Shown: positions 1 to 10,101, counted from the first letter of the stretch. The stretch: DNA of 64,000 bases from Marvinbryantia sp. (GCA_050944495.1 JBMNRF010000012.1:1263-65262), one strand, 5' to 3'. The notes: generated by a model from the letters alone, not told the origin. Program-made: numbers and translations.

Positions 1-15
1 TTTTAATTATTTTTA

Positions 16-44
16 TTGACAAAAAAATGAGTATCTGATATTCT
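16..44 (+). promoter_or_regulatory. sigma-70-type promoter candidate upstream of the ABC half-transporter pair
   Basis: TTGACA (16-21), 17-nt spacer, TATTCT (39-44). Confidence 0.45.
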
Positions 45-138
45 ATTTGCAGTTAGAAAAGACTAATTACCTCGTATGAGGTTTTTTCTTTTGCTAAAAG
101 TTAGCTAAAACTAACTAAAATAAACGCAGAATGGACAG

Positions 139-1902
139 GTGAGAAAGATGATGATTAATAAGAGACTGATTGGGACAGTCAAAGAAAGTAAAAAATACAT
201 AGCCGGAAATGTGATCAGTCAATGGATTTCATTGGCAGCCAATATCAGCATAATGGGGGCAATTTCCAAAATGCTTCAAAATTTATATGAGGGAACAGCT
301 GAAAAAGGACAGTTTGCTTTGACTGCAGCGGTTGTTGCTGTGGCAGTTGCCCTGCGATTTTTGTGTACGATTATTTCCAGCAGAATGAGTTATCTTTCTT
401 CCAAAGAAGTGAAAAAAACGTTTCGTCAGATGATTTACAGAAAACTTTTGAGACTGGGTTCTTCTTACAATGAGCAAATAAAGACATCAGAAGTTGTTCA
501 GGTTGCTGTAGAGGGTGTGGATCAATTGGAAACTTATTTTGGTGCCTATCTGCCGCAGTTTTTTTATGCAATGTTGGCGCCTCTTACGTTATTCGGTGTT
601 TTAAGCGTTGTAAATTTTCCGAGTGCGCTTGTATTGCTGGTGTGTGTTCCTATGATTCCTGTGACTATTATTATGGTTCAGCGATGGGCTAAGAAGCTTC
701 TGGCGAAATACTGGAATCAGTATACTGCTCTTGGAGATACGTTTCTTGAAAATCTACAAGGACTGACGACTATAAAAATATATCAGGCAGATGAGTTTAA
801 GCATAAAGAAATGAATGAGCAAAGTGAGCATTTCCGAAAAATAACCATGAAAGTACTGACGATGCAGCTGAATTCCATCACAATCATGGATCTGATTGCT
901 TATGGAGGCGCGGCATTGGGAGTGATTTTAGCGGTACTTCAGTTCAGGAATGGTAAAGTGGATTTATTTGGGTGTATTATGATCATTTTGCTGGCTGCAG
1001 ATTTTTTCCTTCCGATGCGGCTTTTGGGTTCCTTCTTTCACATTGCAATGAATGGAATGGCAGCTTCTGACAAGATATTTTGTTTGTTGGATTTACCTGA
1101 ACCAGAACAAAAAAATGCATCTGTTCCGACTGACTGTTCCATTGAATGCCATAATCTTCGATTCTCTTATGAGGCGGAGCGGGAAATTCTCCACGGTATC
1201 AATATGAATTTCCCAAAAGGGAGCTTCACTGCTATCGTGGGGGAATCTGGGTGTGGTAAATCAACTATTTCCTCAATTCTTATGGGACGTAACAGAGGAT
1301 ACGGCGGTGAAATTACGATTGGAGGCTGTTCCCTGTCTGAAATGAATGAAGCCAGTCTGATGAAAAATTTTACTTATATTTCTCATCAGAGTTATTTGTT
1401 TAAAGGTACTGTTCGGGAGAATTTGTTGATGGCTCAGCCTGATGCAGATGAGGATACTCTTTGGCATATACTGGAGCGGGTGAAACTTGCACAATTTTTA
1501 AAAGGTGAAAAAGGTCTGGATACTATATTGAATGAAAGCGCATCGAATCTTTCCGGTGGTCAGTGTCAACGTCTTGCTTTAGCGAGAGCCTTACTTCATG
1601 ACAGCCCGGTGTATATTTTTGATGAAGCTACTTCCAACATTGATGTAGAGAGTGAAAATGATATTATGGAACAGATTTATGCGCTTGCAAAAACAAAGAC
1701 GGTTATCCTGATTTCTCATCGTCTTGTCAATGTAGCCGGTGCAGATAATATCTATGTTCTTGACAAAGGGAATATCGTTGGAATGGGAGATCATAAAACA
1801 TTGCTCTTGCAGAACGGCATATATGCAAAGCTTTGGAATGCCCAGCAAAAACTGGAAAGCTATGGAAAAGGAGGAAATTGTGATGCGGCGGAACGGATTT
1901 AA
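139..1902 (+). CDS. ABC half-transporter (permease + ATPase fusion), CydD-like thiol-reductant exporter subunit
   Basis: 587-aa ORF. N-terminal multi-TM domain. NBD with Walker A GESGCGKST, signature LSGGQCQRLALARAL and Walker B IYIFDEATS. Paired with a second half-transporter, as in CydDC. Confidence 0.85.
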   Translation: MRKMMINKRLIGTVKESKKYIAGNVISQWISLAANISIMGAISKMLQNLYEGTAEKGQFALTAAVVAVAVALRFLCTIISSRMSYLSSKEVKKTFRQMIYRKLLRLGSSYNEQIKTSEVVQVAVEGVDQLETYFGAYLPQFFYAMLAPLTLFGVLSVVNFPSALVLLVCVPMIPVTIIMVQRWAKKLLAKYWNQYTALGDTFLENLQGLTTIKIYQADEFKHKEMNEQSEHFRKITMKVLTMQLNSITIMDLIAYGGAALGVILAVLQFRNGKVDLFGCIMIILLAADFFLPMRLLGSFFHIAMNGMAASDKIFCLLDLPEPEQKNASVPTDCSIECHNLRFSYEAEREILHGINMNFPKGSFTAIVGESGCGKSTISSILMGRNRGYGGEITIGGCSLSEMNEASLMKNFTYISHQSYLFKGTVRENLLMAQPDADEDTLWHILERVKLAQFLKGEKGLDTILNESASNLSGGQCQRLALARALLHDSPVYIFDEATSNIDVESENDIMEQIYALAKTKTVILISHRLVNVAGADNIYVLDKGNIVGMGDHKTLLLQNGIYAKLWNAQQKLESYGKGGNCDAAERI

Positions 1903-3523
1903 TATTATGATACATCTGATCGGACTGGTAAAACCTTTGACCGGTTATATGATTCTGGCAGTTGTTATGGGAGTGCTTGGTCATTTATGCGCTTCTTTTA
2001 TTACCGTATTCGGAGGTTATGCGATTTTAAATATTCTGCATCCGGAATGGTCTTTGGATGTTAGGACTCTCTTTGCGACGGTATTGATTTTCGCTCTGCT
2101 TCGTGGATTTTTGCGCTATGCAGAGCAGGCATGCAATCATTTCATTGCCTTTAAACTGCTTGCTCTGATCCGGGATAAGGTATTTGGCGCATTGCGGCGT
2201 TTATGCCCTGCTAAGTTAGAGGGGAAGGATAAGGGAGATCTGATTACAGTCATTACATCGGATATTGAATTGCTGGAGGTGTTTTATGCACATACCATCT
2301 CTCCGATTTGTATTGCATTTCTTTTTAGTATCATTATGACTATTTTTATTAGCAGATATCATGTAGCGCTTGGGATGTTGGCAATGCTTGCTTATGTGGC
2401 AGTTGGGATTATGATCCCATTGCTTACTTCCAGGTTCAGTGGTGAGGATGGCATTTGTTTCAGAGAGAAGTCCGGTATACTTTCAAGTTTTGTACTGGAC
2501 AGCCTGCGTGGTTTGTCCGAAGTCATTCAGTATGGTCAGGGGAAAAAACGCTTGGAAGAGATGACGCATCAGATAGAACAGCTTTCTGCGGATGAGAAAC
2601 GTATGAAGCAAACGACAGGGCAAAATACAGCAGTAACAAATACCGTTATTTTGTTTTTCGATCTTGTAATGCTGTTTTTATCTGCAAAGTTCGTTGACTT
2701 TGATGGATGTCTGATCGTAACTTTTGCACTGATGAGTTCTTTCGGTCCGGTAGTTTCTCTGGCTTCTCTGGGAGCAACTTTGCAGAATACCTTTGCAGCA
2801 GGTAATCGCGTTTTGAATATCTTAGATGAAAGTCCGGTTGTGGAAGAAATTACAGGAAATGAGAAGATGGTTTTCCATGGAGCTGCTGCAGAGAATATTA
2901 ACTTTGCTTATGAGAAGGAAACTATTTTAGACAATTTTTCCTTGACAATCCCCGAAAATAAAATTGTCGGTATCAACGGCCGCTCCGGTTCCGGAAAATC
3001 TACACTTCTCAAATTGTTCATGCGATTCTGGCAGGTGCAGTATGGTACAGTAGAGATTTCCGGAAAAAATATTGATGAAATTGACACATCAAATTTGCGT
3101 GATATGGAAAGCTTCGTCACACAGGAAACCCACTTGTTTCATGATTCGATTAAAAATAATCTTCGTATTGCAAAATTAAATGCAACAGATGATGAGATTA
3201 TTGCTGCCTGCAAAAAGGCTTCCATCCATGAATTCATTGTGAGTCTGGATAATGGTTATGATACGGAAGTTGGTGAACTCGGAGATACATTATCTGGCGG
3301 TGAACGTCAGCGTTTAGGGCTGGCAAGGGCATTTCTTCATGATGCACCATTCATGCTGCTGGATGAACCGACTTCCAATCTGGACAGTTTGAATGAGGCG
3401 GTTATTCTAAAATCACTCTGTGAGTCATGCTCTGATAAAACAGTTGTGCTTGTTTCTCATAGAAAATCCACGATGGGGATTGCCGATATCGCATATTCAG
3501 TAGAACATGGGAGAATCAGCTGA
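1883..3523 (+). CDS. ABC half-transporter (permease + ATPase fusion), CydC-like subunit
   Basis: The ORF-track start at 1739 overlaps the upstream gene. ATG 1883 is preceded by AAAGGAGGA (1867-1875). Walker A GRSGSGKST, signature LSGGERQRLGLARAF, Walker B MLLDEPTS. Confidence 0.85.
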   Translation: MRRNGFNIMIHLIGLVKPLTGYMILAVVMGVLGHLCASFITVFGGYAILNILHPEWSLDVRTLFATVLIFALLRGFLRYAEQACNHFIAFKLLALIRDKVFGALRRLCPAKLEGKDKGDLITVITSDIELLEVFYAHTISPICIAFLFSIIMTIFISRYHVALGMLAMLAYVAVGIMIPLLTSRFSGEDGICFREKSGILSSFVLDSLRGLSEVIQYGQGKKRLEEMTHQIEQLSADEKRMKQTTGQNTAVTNTVILFFDLVMLFLSAKFVDFDGCLIVTFALMSSFGPVVSLASLGATLQNTFAAGNRVLNILDESPVVEEITGNEKMVFHGAAAENINFAYEKETILDNFSLTIPENKIVGINGRSGSGKSTLLKLFMRFWQVQYGTVEISGKNIDEIDTSNLRDMESFVTQETHLFHDSIKNNLRIAKLNATDDEIIAACKKASIHEFIVSLDNGYDTEVGELGDTLSGGERQRLGLARAFLHDAPFMLLDEPTSNLDSLNEAVILKSLCESCSDKTVVLVSHRKSTMGIADIAYSVEHGRIS

Positions 3524-3565
3524 CAGGTGTAAAAATAAAAAGAAAAAGTGAATGGGGGTTTCTGA

Positions 3566-3958
3566 ATGAAAAAGATTTTGTATATTATTTTAGGATATGT
3601 GAGTGTCGGCATAGGAGCAATAGGTGCTGTGCTTCCTGTATTGCCGGTATTTCCATTTTTAATGCTTGCTGCTTTTTGTTTTGCCAGATCTTCAAAAAAA
3701 CTGGATAGTTGGTTTAAAAGCACAAAATTGTATAAAAACAATTTTGCTGATTTTGTAGAGAGTAAAGGAATGACCAGGAAAACAAAGTGCCGGATTATGA
3801 GTATCATAACTTTACTGATGAGTATTGGGTTTTTTATGATGGGGATAAAAAGTATTATCACGGGCTGTATTGTACTGGGCTGTGTTTGGATATTTCATTT
3901 GGCATACTTTATTTTTGGGATTAAGACAATTCCTGTAATGGAGGAAAATGATAAATAA
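3566..3958 (+). CDS. YbaN/DUF454-family inner-membrane protein
   Basis: 130 aa. The N-terminus GIGAIGAVLPVLPVFPFLMLAAFCFARSS is typical of DUF454. Confidence 0.7.
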   Translation: MKKILYIILGYVSVGIGAIGAVLPVLPVFPFLMLAAFCFARSSKKLDSWFKSTKLYKNNFADFVESKGMTRKTKCRIMSIITLLMSIGFFMMGIKSIITGCIVLGCVWIFHLAYFIFGIKTIPVMEENDK

Positions 3959-4258
3959 AGAAATAAAAAATCTCTATATTTATTGCCGAAATTATTTACA
4001 ATTCTATTCGCAAAATGAACGGGGATGGTTTGGGGCAGCAGAAAGATATTTATTAATGCTAATAAAGTACCAATGCCACAAATAATCCAAATGAATTTTG
4101 CGTATATCTTGATAATTGATTCATTGATAAATTCTCAGTTGGGCAGTAGAAAAATAATGACGAGAGGCCATGTAAATGCTATAATGTTTGCGTATAGATA
4201 TGACAATTTGTTCATATTGAAATCTTTATACAAACAGATGATTGGAGAGATTGTTATT

Positions 4259-4993
4259 ATGAAAAATCCATGGCCAATTTTCGGCATTGCGGCTCTCTCT
4301 GGAGCTGCGTGCCTGATTTATGATCACTTTTTTTCTTACGAGACCATGTGGATCGCGGTGGTGGCGCTTCTTGTGCTGCTGGCTCTTTGCTTTTTCGCAT
4401 ATTGCAAATATGAACGCTGGCTGGCAAAGAAACTGAACCCCTATGTGGTAGCGTATCAAAGTGATCACGACCTTGAGAAATTGAAACAGGGATTGGATCG
4501 CTGGCGCCCCTGGGCATTCAGCAAACATTCCCGAAATATTATTACAGCGAACTGGTTCTCCGCTCTGCTGGAGCAAAAGCGCTGGGCGGAAGCAGAGGAA
4601 ACTTTGGAACAGTTTTTGCGTCGAGCTAAAAATACGCAGGATAAAATAGGATATCATTTGCTTCGGGGAGATTACGCAAGGGCAATCGGAGACACCGAAT
4701 TAGAGGAGCAGGAACGACTTCTAAGCGAGCAGCTGAAAAAACAGTTCGGAAACAAAAAGGGAGAATCAAGAGTACCCGCAAATGCCAAAGAGAGTAAATA
4801 TGCCTTCTTTTGCTGGCTCTCTTTCAGCTTTGGTCTGGCATTGTTCGGAATCATCAGCAATATCGCCACTGGGAATGCATTGCTCGGATCATTTGGAGCC
4901 GGACTTTTTATTTTGGGCTTGTTCTCGTTACCAGTCTGCTTGATCTGGCTGATTCTCTGGCTGATCCGGCATAGAAAGGAGACTGTTAAATGA
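4259..4993 (+). CDS. hypothetical membrane protein (2 TM, helical cytoplasmic domain, 2 TM)
   Basis: The ORF-track frame starts at 4025. ATG 4259 follows GGAGAGA (4244-4250) and begins the hydrophobic segment MKNPWPIFGIAAL. Confidence 0.6.
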   Translation: MKNPWPIFGIAALSGAACLIYDHFFSYETMWIAVVALLVLLALCFFAYCKYERWLAKKLNPYVVAYQSDHDLEKLKQGLDRWRPWAFSKHSRNIITANWFSALLEQKRWAEAEETLEQFLRRAKNTQDKIGYHLLRGDYARAIGDTELEEQERLLSEQLKKQFGNKKGESRVPANAKESKYAFFCWLSFSFGLALFGIISNIATGNALLGSFGAGLFILGLFSLPVCLIWLILWLIRHRKETVK

Positions 4994-5127
4994 CTTATTT
5001 CCTGCAGGTACTCTATGTAATTGTGTCTTATACATTCTTCCTTTTGGCAGGCTTTTTTGACAATGCGATTAAATTGAAGATTTTATCGATTCTTCTGCCC
5101 TTTATCATGGGAATCGTCAATTTCTAA
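4990..5127 (+). CDS. possible 45-aa small membrane protein, translationally coupled
   Basis: Its ATG overlaps the upstream TGA (ATGA at 4990-4993). Translation is MTYFLQVLYVIVSYTFFLLAGFFDNAIKLKILSILLPFIMGIVNF, i.e. two hydrophobic helices. Too short for the ORF track. Confidence 0.3.
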   Translation: MTYFLQVLYVIVSYTFFLLAGFFDNAIKLKILSILLPFIMGIVNF

Positions 5128-5134
5128 CCAGCTT

Positions 5135-5320
5135 TTGAATGAAGATGGTACTGTAAGCACTGCCATTGAGCTTGAGGAAGGCGATCAGGTCAAGGTATGG
5201 GGTTATGCTTCACAGTATCTGGAATTGCAGGAGGGTCTGAAAATCGTCGTGGTTCAGCCTGGTATCATTGAACGCAACGGCGAACAGGTGATCCTGGACA
5301 AAAATCTGAAAGTAGACTAA
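5135..5320 (+). CDS. short ORF, possibly a gene remnant
   Basis: 61-aa ORF with no clear RBS and no recognisable motif. Confidence 0.2.
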   Translation: MNEDGTVSTAIELEEGDQVKVWGYASQYLELQEGLKIVVVQPGIIERNGEQVILDKNLKVD

Positions 5321-5543
5321 TGCTTTTGAACGAAAACGAATCCTATCAGTGCAAGTTATGGGCGATAGTGTAACCACGCAATACTATATTGTAAAAGATT
5401 ATGGGTTCTGCCTGATCCGGCTTACGAATTTCAGCGGATCAAAAACCACTGAACAGGCCGTCAGGGATATGGCAGACAGCTTTGTTGGGGTACGGAAGGA
5501 TAAATTGACACAGGAACAGTGATTTTATAGGAAAACGACGAAG

Positions 5544-6746
5544 ATGGAGAAACGAAAACTTTCAGGAAAAACAATTTTGAAACTGGTAGGGGCGCTTTTG
5601 GCTCTGGCTTATTTGGGATTTTGTCTCTATGCAGGCATTACCGGGAAATTTCCCGCCATGCACCAAGAAGAACATGTCATGCGTTTTGGAGATCTTAAAA
5701 ACTGGGTGTCAGGAGGGATGTCAGCGGTCATGATCGCTGTCTTTTGCATCAATTCCGCCATAAATGATCTGAATCTACAAAAGGGAAAAAAGAAGTCGTC
5801 GACCCCATCTTTTTTCCTTATGTTACTGCTGTTAAGCTTCCCTCTGCTTCTGGAATCTTATCTTGATATTGGATGGATCGGAATTGCTCTTTATGTGGGT
5901 ATTGCAGCGTTACTGTTTGGAATTGCATGGGCTCCTCGGATTCTGAACCAATGTATCACCCGTCTGCTTTTACGCGAGAAAACCATGAGTGGCAAACAGC
6001 AGGTACGGATCATTGAATGGATTCATTTTTATCCTCTGAAAAAGCTGCTGATTTTCGGATTGTGGGGCTTTGGTGTCGTGCTGGTTCTGCGTGGTATTTG
6101 GGTAACGGTAACCGGAAAAATCGAAATGGACGGAGAACTTTTCCTATTTTTATTTGGCACAGCAGCTCTGGTTGTGATGCTGTTTCAAAAAATGAGACGC
6201 TATGTATGTACGCCTTACCGGAACATACCGGTGCTGAATCAGATTCTCAGCAAAAAACAGTTGGAACAGCTGTTGGATGGAGAACACTTTGAACCAATAG
6301 AGTTTGAAGATGAGGTCATGAAAAAGTATCTGGAAATATACCAAAGCCAGAACTGGATGCTGATTGGCGAGAAACTGATCTCAAAAAAGCTGGCTTTATG
6401 GGTAACCATGGATCGATCCAGGAACGATACTTTACTGAAGATTCTTTATCTAAATGGAACAATCGCAAAAGCGAGAGTCGATCTGGAAATCAGAGAAAAC
6501 AGGTACGAAGAGTTTACTTCTGTGCTGAGAGAACTGATTGGATACGAGGGATCTCTTAATCTGTATGGAAAAGAGAAACAGCTGGCAGAGAAATTTGCAT
6601 CCTTTTTCCCGGAGCAAACTTCCGAACAGGAGCGTGTAGCCGTTTTTCTTACTCAGGATGTTACGGAAATCAGAAAGGATTATATCCGGACTTTTTCACC
6701 ACTGGATACCCGTAAGAAAAAAAGAAGCAGACAGGAGCAAAAGTAG
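5544..6746 (+). CDS. hypothetical polytopic membrane protein with a soluble C-terminal domain
   Basis: 400-aa ORF. About 6 hydrophobic segments in the first ~215 aa, then a charged C-terminal half ending in KKKRSRQEQK. No motif recognised. Confidence 0.65.
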   Translation: MEKRKLSGKTILKLVGALLALAYLGFCLYAGITGKFPAMHQEEHVMRFGDLKNWVSGGMSAVMIAVFCINSAINDLNLQKGKKKSSTPSFFLMLLLLSFPLLLESYLDIGWIGIALYVGIAALLFGIAWAPRILNQCITRLLLREKTMSGKQQVRIIEWIHFYPLKKLLIFGLWGFGVVLVLRGIWVTVTGKIEMDGELFLFLFGTAALVVMLFQKMRRYVCTPYRNIPVLNQILSKKQLEQLLDGEHFEPIEFEDEVMKKYLEIYQSQNWMLIGEKLISKKLALWVTMDRSRNDTLLKILYLNGTIAKARVDLEIRENRYEEFTSVLRELIGYEGSLNLYGKEKQLAEKFASFFPEQTSEQERVAVFLTQDVTEIRKDYIRTFSPLDTRKKKRSRQEQK

Positions 6747-6886
6747 AAGATAGGATACTATAAAAAAATAATTGCTACTCTTAAAGTAGTATCAGTGAGC
6801 AGGAAAACCGTTTTAAGGATTTTCTGTTTTTTTATAATCATAAAATGCTGAAAATAAAATATTTAATGTTTTTCGTTAACAAATAA

Positions 6887-6914
6887 TTGACAAAGATAAA
6901 AAGAATGTTATACT
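6887..6914 (+). promoter_or_regulatory. extended -10 promoter candidate for the DUF2975/HTH pair
   Basis: TTGACA (6887-6892), 16-nt spacer containing TGt, TATACT (6909-6914). Confidence 0.55.
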
Positions 6915-6945
6915 GTGTGTTAAGAAATGAAAGGAGCCTCATTTT

Positions 6946-7452
6946 ATGAAACAAAAAAAATTGAAAAAATCCGCTCATTTTATCTCCATACTTCTTAACA
7001 TTGGTTGCATTCTTTTCGGTATATTGAGTGTATTGTTATTTGCAGCAATCATGATCATCGTCTGTACCAAATTTTTTATGCCAGAAATGTTCCAGGAATC
7101 ATGGGGGACTGCTATCAAAAATGGTCAATCCCTTAGCTTTGGACAATGCGTATTCTTTTTTACTTGTTGTCTTGGTATGTTTGTTTGCATCTTTTTAGCA
7201 CTATATAACGCCAAAAGAATCTTCGGATGTATCGGTAAGGGGAATTCGCCCTTCACAGTAAAAACAGGAATTCAGATACGAAAAATAGCCGTGTATGTTT
7301 TATTATTTGCTGTATTTTCCGTATTATCTGTATTTAAGATTTCGTTTCCAGCATTCTTTATGTGTGCTTTATTTGCTCTTATCTTGTTTTGTATCTCGTT
7401 TATTTTTGACTATGGATGTGAGTTGCAGCAAGAAGTAGATGAAACATTATAA
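6946..7452 (+). CDS. DUF2975-family membrane protein
   Basis: 168 aa with 4 TM segments and the C-terminal LQQEVDETL tail typical of DUF2975. Immediately followed by a YozG-type HTH gene, the canonical pairing. Confidence 0.7.
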   Translation: MKQKKLKKSAHFISILLNIGCILFGILSVLLFAAIMIIVCTKFFMPEMFQESWGTAIKNGQSLSFGQCVFFFTCCLGMFVCIFLALYNAKRIFGCIGKGNSPFTVKTGIQIRKIAVYVLLFAVFSVLSVFKISFPAFFMCALFALILFCISFIFDYGCELQQEVDETL

Positions 7453-7464
7453 AGGAGAAATGAT

Positions 7465-7680
7465 ATGGCAATAATTTTAAGGCTTGATAGAATGATGGCT
7501 GATAGAAAAATAAGCTTAAACGAACTATCCGAAAAGGTTGGTATCGCAAATGTCAACTTATCCAAAATTAAAACAGGGAAAGTAAGTGCCATTCGTTTTT
7601 CTACGCTGAATGCTATTTGCAAAGCATTAGATTGCCAACCGGGTGATATATTGGAATATCAAGAAGACACAGAGGAATAA
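7465..7680 (+). CDS. XRE-family helix-turn-helix regulator (YozG-like)
   Basis: 71 aa. The stretch ...LSKIKTGKVSAIRFSTLNAICKALDCQPGDILEY is near-identical to the conserved YozG-family core. Confidence 0.85.
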   Translation: MAIILRLDRMMADRKISLNELSEKVGIANVNLSKIKTGKVSAIRFSTLNAICKALDCQPGDILEYQEDTEE

Positions 7681-7760
7681 AATCCCAGTTGATATTTCAC
7701 AAATTTTAGGAAGTTTAATAACGGTTATGTTTGATTGCCAAATTCTTCGCAAATCCTTGA

Positions 7761-8040
7761 AAATCAGTTGTTACATCTGATTCGAGATGTTCCAAAGGCA
7801 GTATTGCAGTAATCCTGTTGATTATCAGTTTGTTTCCTATCATAAACAGTATGAAATATACGATTCTTACAAGAAGAAGAGAATACAGTATCATACGTGC
7901 AATGGGAATCACAGACGGTGGGTTTTATAAGATGATTTTGCAGACAGGTATTCTATATGGATTGTTGGCAGATGTGTTTACCTTCCTGCTTTATAATCTG
8001 GCTCTTAGAAGGGGAATGGATTACTATATGTTTCATCTGT
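7761..8040 (+). pseudogene. C-terminal FtsX-domain fragment of an ABC permease
   Basis: The frame opens after TGA 7758-7760. ...IAVILLIISLFPIINSMKYTILTRRREYSIIRAMGITDGGFYKMILQTGILYGLL matches the FtsX TM/loop signature (RRREigiLRAiG). No N-terminal part is present, and the frame runs into the convergent kinase gene. Confidence 0.6.
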
Positions 8041-9436
8041 CACTGTCTTTTTTCAGCCACAGACAGACTCTTCCTCCAATGGCAGTATTTTCAAGGAAAA
8101 GACTTCCGCCATGTTTTTGAGCTGTCTGGGATGCAAAATAGAGTCCCATGCCCATATGTCCATCCTGGGGACGACTGTTATCTTCTGTATAAAAGGTTTT
8201 TCCGGCTTTTACCAGTGCTTCTTTGGAAAAGCCAGGACCGCTGTCCTGAACCCAAAAGCCTATTTGCTTCTCCCGCAATTCTACACCTAATTCTATTGTT
8301 TTACCGGAAGGTGTAAATCGTACGGCATTGCTGAGCAGATTTTCCATCGCACGCAATACGTCACTTTTTTCAACTTCCAAGATTTCATCCGAGAGAAAAG
8401 AGGACGGAGTCGCAATAAATTTGTGTCTTTTTACTGCAGACAGATCACGTCCTTTCTGGATAAAGGCATTTACGAGTTCACAGACAGAAATTTTCTCTTT
8501 ATTTGATGCCAATACATTTTCTGCTGTGACCTCGCGCAACCGTTTTACATAGGTTTTTGCATATTCTGCATTGCGCAAAATAGCCTGAGCCAATACTTTT
8601 TGCGGCTGTGTCAGATCATCCTCTGTAAGCAGTTCCGCATTTCCGCCCATTACAGTAAGAGGCGTTTTGAGATCATGAGCAAGAGCAGCAAGTGTCTCAT
8701 TTTTTCGCTGTTCTGCAGTCCACTGTTCCTTTAACGAGAGGGATAATTCCTGCCGAAGAGTATCAATGGCTGTCAGAGCTGCCTGAAGCTCTTTTACACG
8801 GATCTGATCCTGGAAAGGTACGTCTAATTTCTGATCTCGCACCAATTCACAGGCATTTGTAATTGCAGTGGTATCTTTGCGCAGGATTTTTGTATAGTGC
8901 CTAGTACGCAAGGCTGTCAATAATAAAAGCAGAATGAACAAAAGTCCGATATAAGCTGTTTGAAAATCAGGCAGGATGTTTTGTAAATCTGGATTGGCGT
9001 AACAGACAGAGTAATCATATTCCAGCAGAACAGTCTGTCTGTTTTTCAGGGGAACCGGATGAAAATATTGAGAATAAAACCATCCATGAGGGTGAGAGTC
9101 CCCGGATAGTTCTGCATAAGCATATGTAAGCTGTTTTTCATTCATATTACTTTCTATGATTTTCCCATTTTCTGTCAATGCCCATTCATAGTAATGAGGA
9201 ATTTCGTCTGGATCAAAGGTTGTCTGTTCCTGCAGCGCCTGTTCTGTCTGAGGCAAATTTCTGACTGCAGTATAGGCTGAAAGGACAAATCCCATATTGA
9301 CAAAGATATTGAACAGGATGATCCATATCAGGCTAAGAGCTGCTATAAGAACGCCTGTAGTAAGAAAATACCGCCAGAAAAGTGTGTTTAACCGAATTCC
9401 TTTTCGCTTTCTTTTTAAGACTGTTCCCGTTTCCAT
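8033..9436 (-). CDS. sensor histidine kinase with a large extracytoplasmic domain
   Basis: 467 aa. Two TM segments flank a ~110-aa loop. H-box LAALAHDLKTPLT, N-box LLSNAVRFTP, G1 VQDSGPGF, G2 GMGLYF. Confidence 0.85.
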   Translation of the reverse strand: METGTVLKRKRKGIRLNTLFWRYFLTTGVLIAALSLIWIILFNIFVNMGFVLSAYTAVRNLPQTEQALQEQTTFDPDEIPHYYEWALTENGKIIESNMNEKQLTYAYAELSGDSHPHGWFYSQYFHPVPLKNRQTVLLEYDYSVCYANPDLQNILPDFQTAYIGLLFILLLLLTALRTRHYTKILRKDTTAITNACELVRDQKLDVPFQDQIRVKELQAALTAIDTLRQELSLSLKEQWTAEQRKNETLAALAHDLKTPLTVMGGNAELLTEDDLTQPQKVLAQAILRNAEYAKTYVKRLREVTAENVLASNKEKISVCELVNAFIQKGRDLSAVKRHKFIATPSSFLSDEILEVEKSDVLRAMENLLSNAVRFTPSGKTIELGVELREKQIGFWVQDSGPGFSKEALVKAGKTFYTEDNSRPQDGHMGMGLYFASQTAQKHGGSLFLENTAIGGRVCLWLKKDSDR

Positions 9437-10086
9437 TTATATCCTACCCCCCATACAGTTTCAATGGGCTCGCTGCCAACAGCACGCAATTTTGCACGAA
9501 TATTTTTGATATGCTCGGTAATCGCAGAGTCATCAGATGTGCCGTCAAAGCCAAATACTGTTTCGTAAATCTGTTCCTTGGAAAAAGTTTGACCGGCATG
9601 GGTCGCTAAATGTTCACAAATCGCATATTCACTGCGTGTCATTTTAACCGGCGTATCAGCGTAATAAATGAGCTTTTCGCTCAGATCAAAATCTAATTTG
9701 CCACGCCGGATTTTACTGTGAGGCGTGCGACCTTCCCGCCTGAGATGAGCGTTTACACGAGCTCGAAGCTCTGTGATACGAAAAGGTTTCATCAGATAAT
9801 CGTCACCGCCTAGCCCAAGACCGCGGATAATATCAGCTTCTTCATTTTTGGCAGTAAGGAATAAAATCGGACAGTCGGCAATGGAGCGGATACGCCTGCA
9901 GGTAGAAAAACCGTCCTCACCGGGCATCATAACATCCAGTAAAATACAGTCTGCCCACTTACAATGCTCATCTGTTACATAACTGCCGGATGCGGCAGTA
10001 TGAACAGTATGACCGTCACGTTCCAAAGCGGTAGTTAAAAGATGACGCACATCGGCATCATCATCAACTGCTAAAATATTTGCCAT
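9415..10086 (-). CDS. OmpR-family response regulator
   Basis: 223 aa. Receiver domain (ILAVDDD, LLDVMMPGEDG, KPF) plus a winged-helix C-terminus (TVWGVGYKW). Overlaps the kinase gene by 22 nt. Confidence 0.9.
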   Translation of the reverse strand: MANILAVDDDADVRHLLTTALERDGHTVHTAASGSYVTDEHCKWADCILLDVMMPGEDGFSTCRRIRSIADCPILFLTAKNEEADIIRGLGLGGDDYLMKPFRITELRARVNAHLRREGRTPHSKIRRGKLDFDLSEKLIYYADTPVKMTRSEYAICEHLATHAGQTFSKEQIYETVFGFDGTSDDSAITEHIKNIRAKLRAVGSEPIETVWGVGYKWKREQS

Positions 10087-10101
10087 AAAAGAACCTCCCT
10101 G

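Noticed and set aside
1739-1882. ORF-track N-terminal extensions (for example 1739, 4025, 11815, 15407, 31060, 37761-38216, 46485, 48541, 51992, 53729, 60541, 62641)
   Set aside because: Each extension overlaps the preceding gene or lacks an RBS. An internal start with a good Shine-Dalgarno sequence matches the usual N-terminus of the family, so the shorter coordinates are used.
7957-8552. Plus-strand ORFs 7957..8316 and 8328..8552 opposite the histidine kinase
   Set aside because: They are antisense shadow ORFs inside a kinase gene that has all catalytic boxes.
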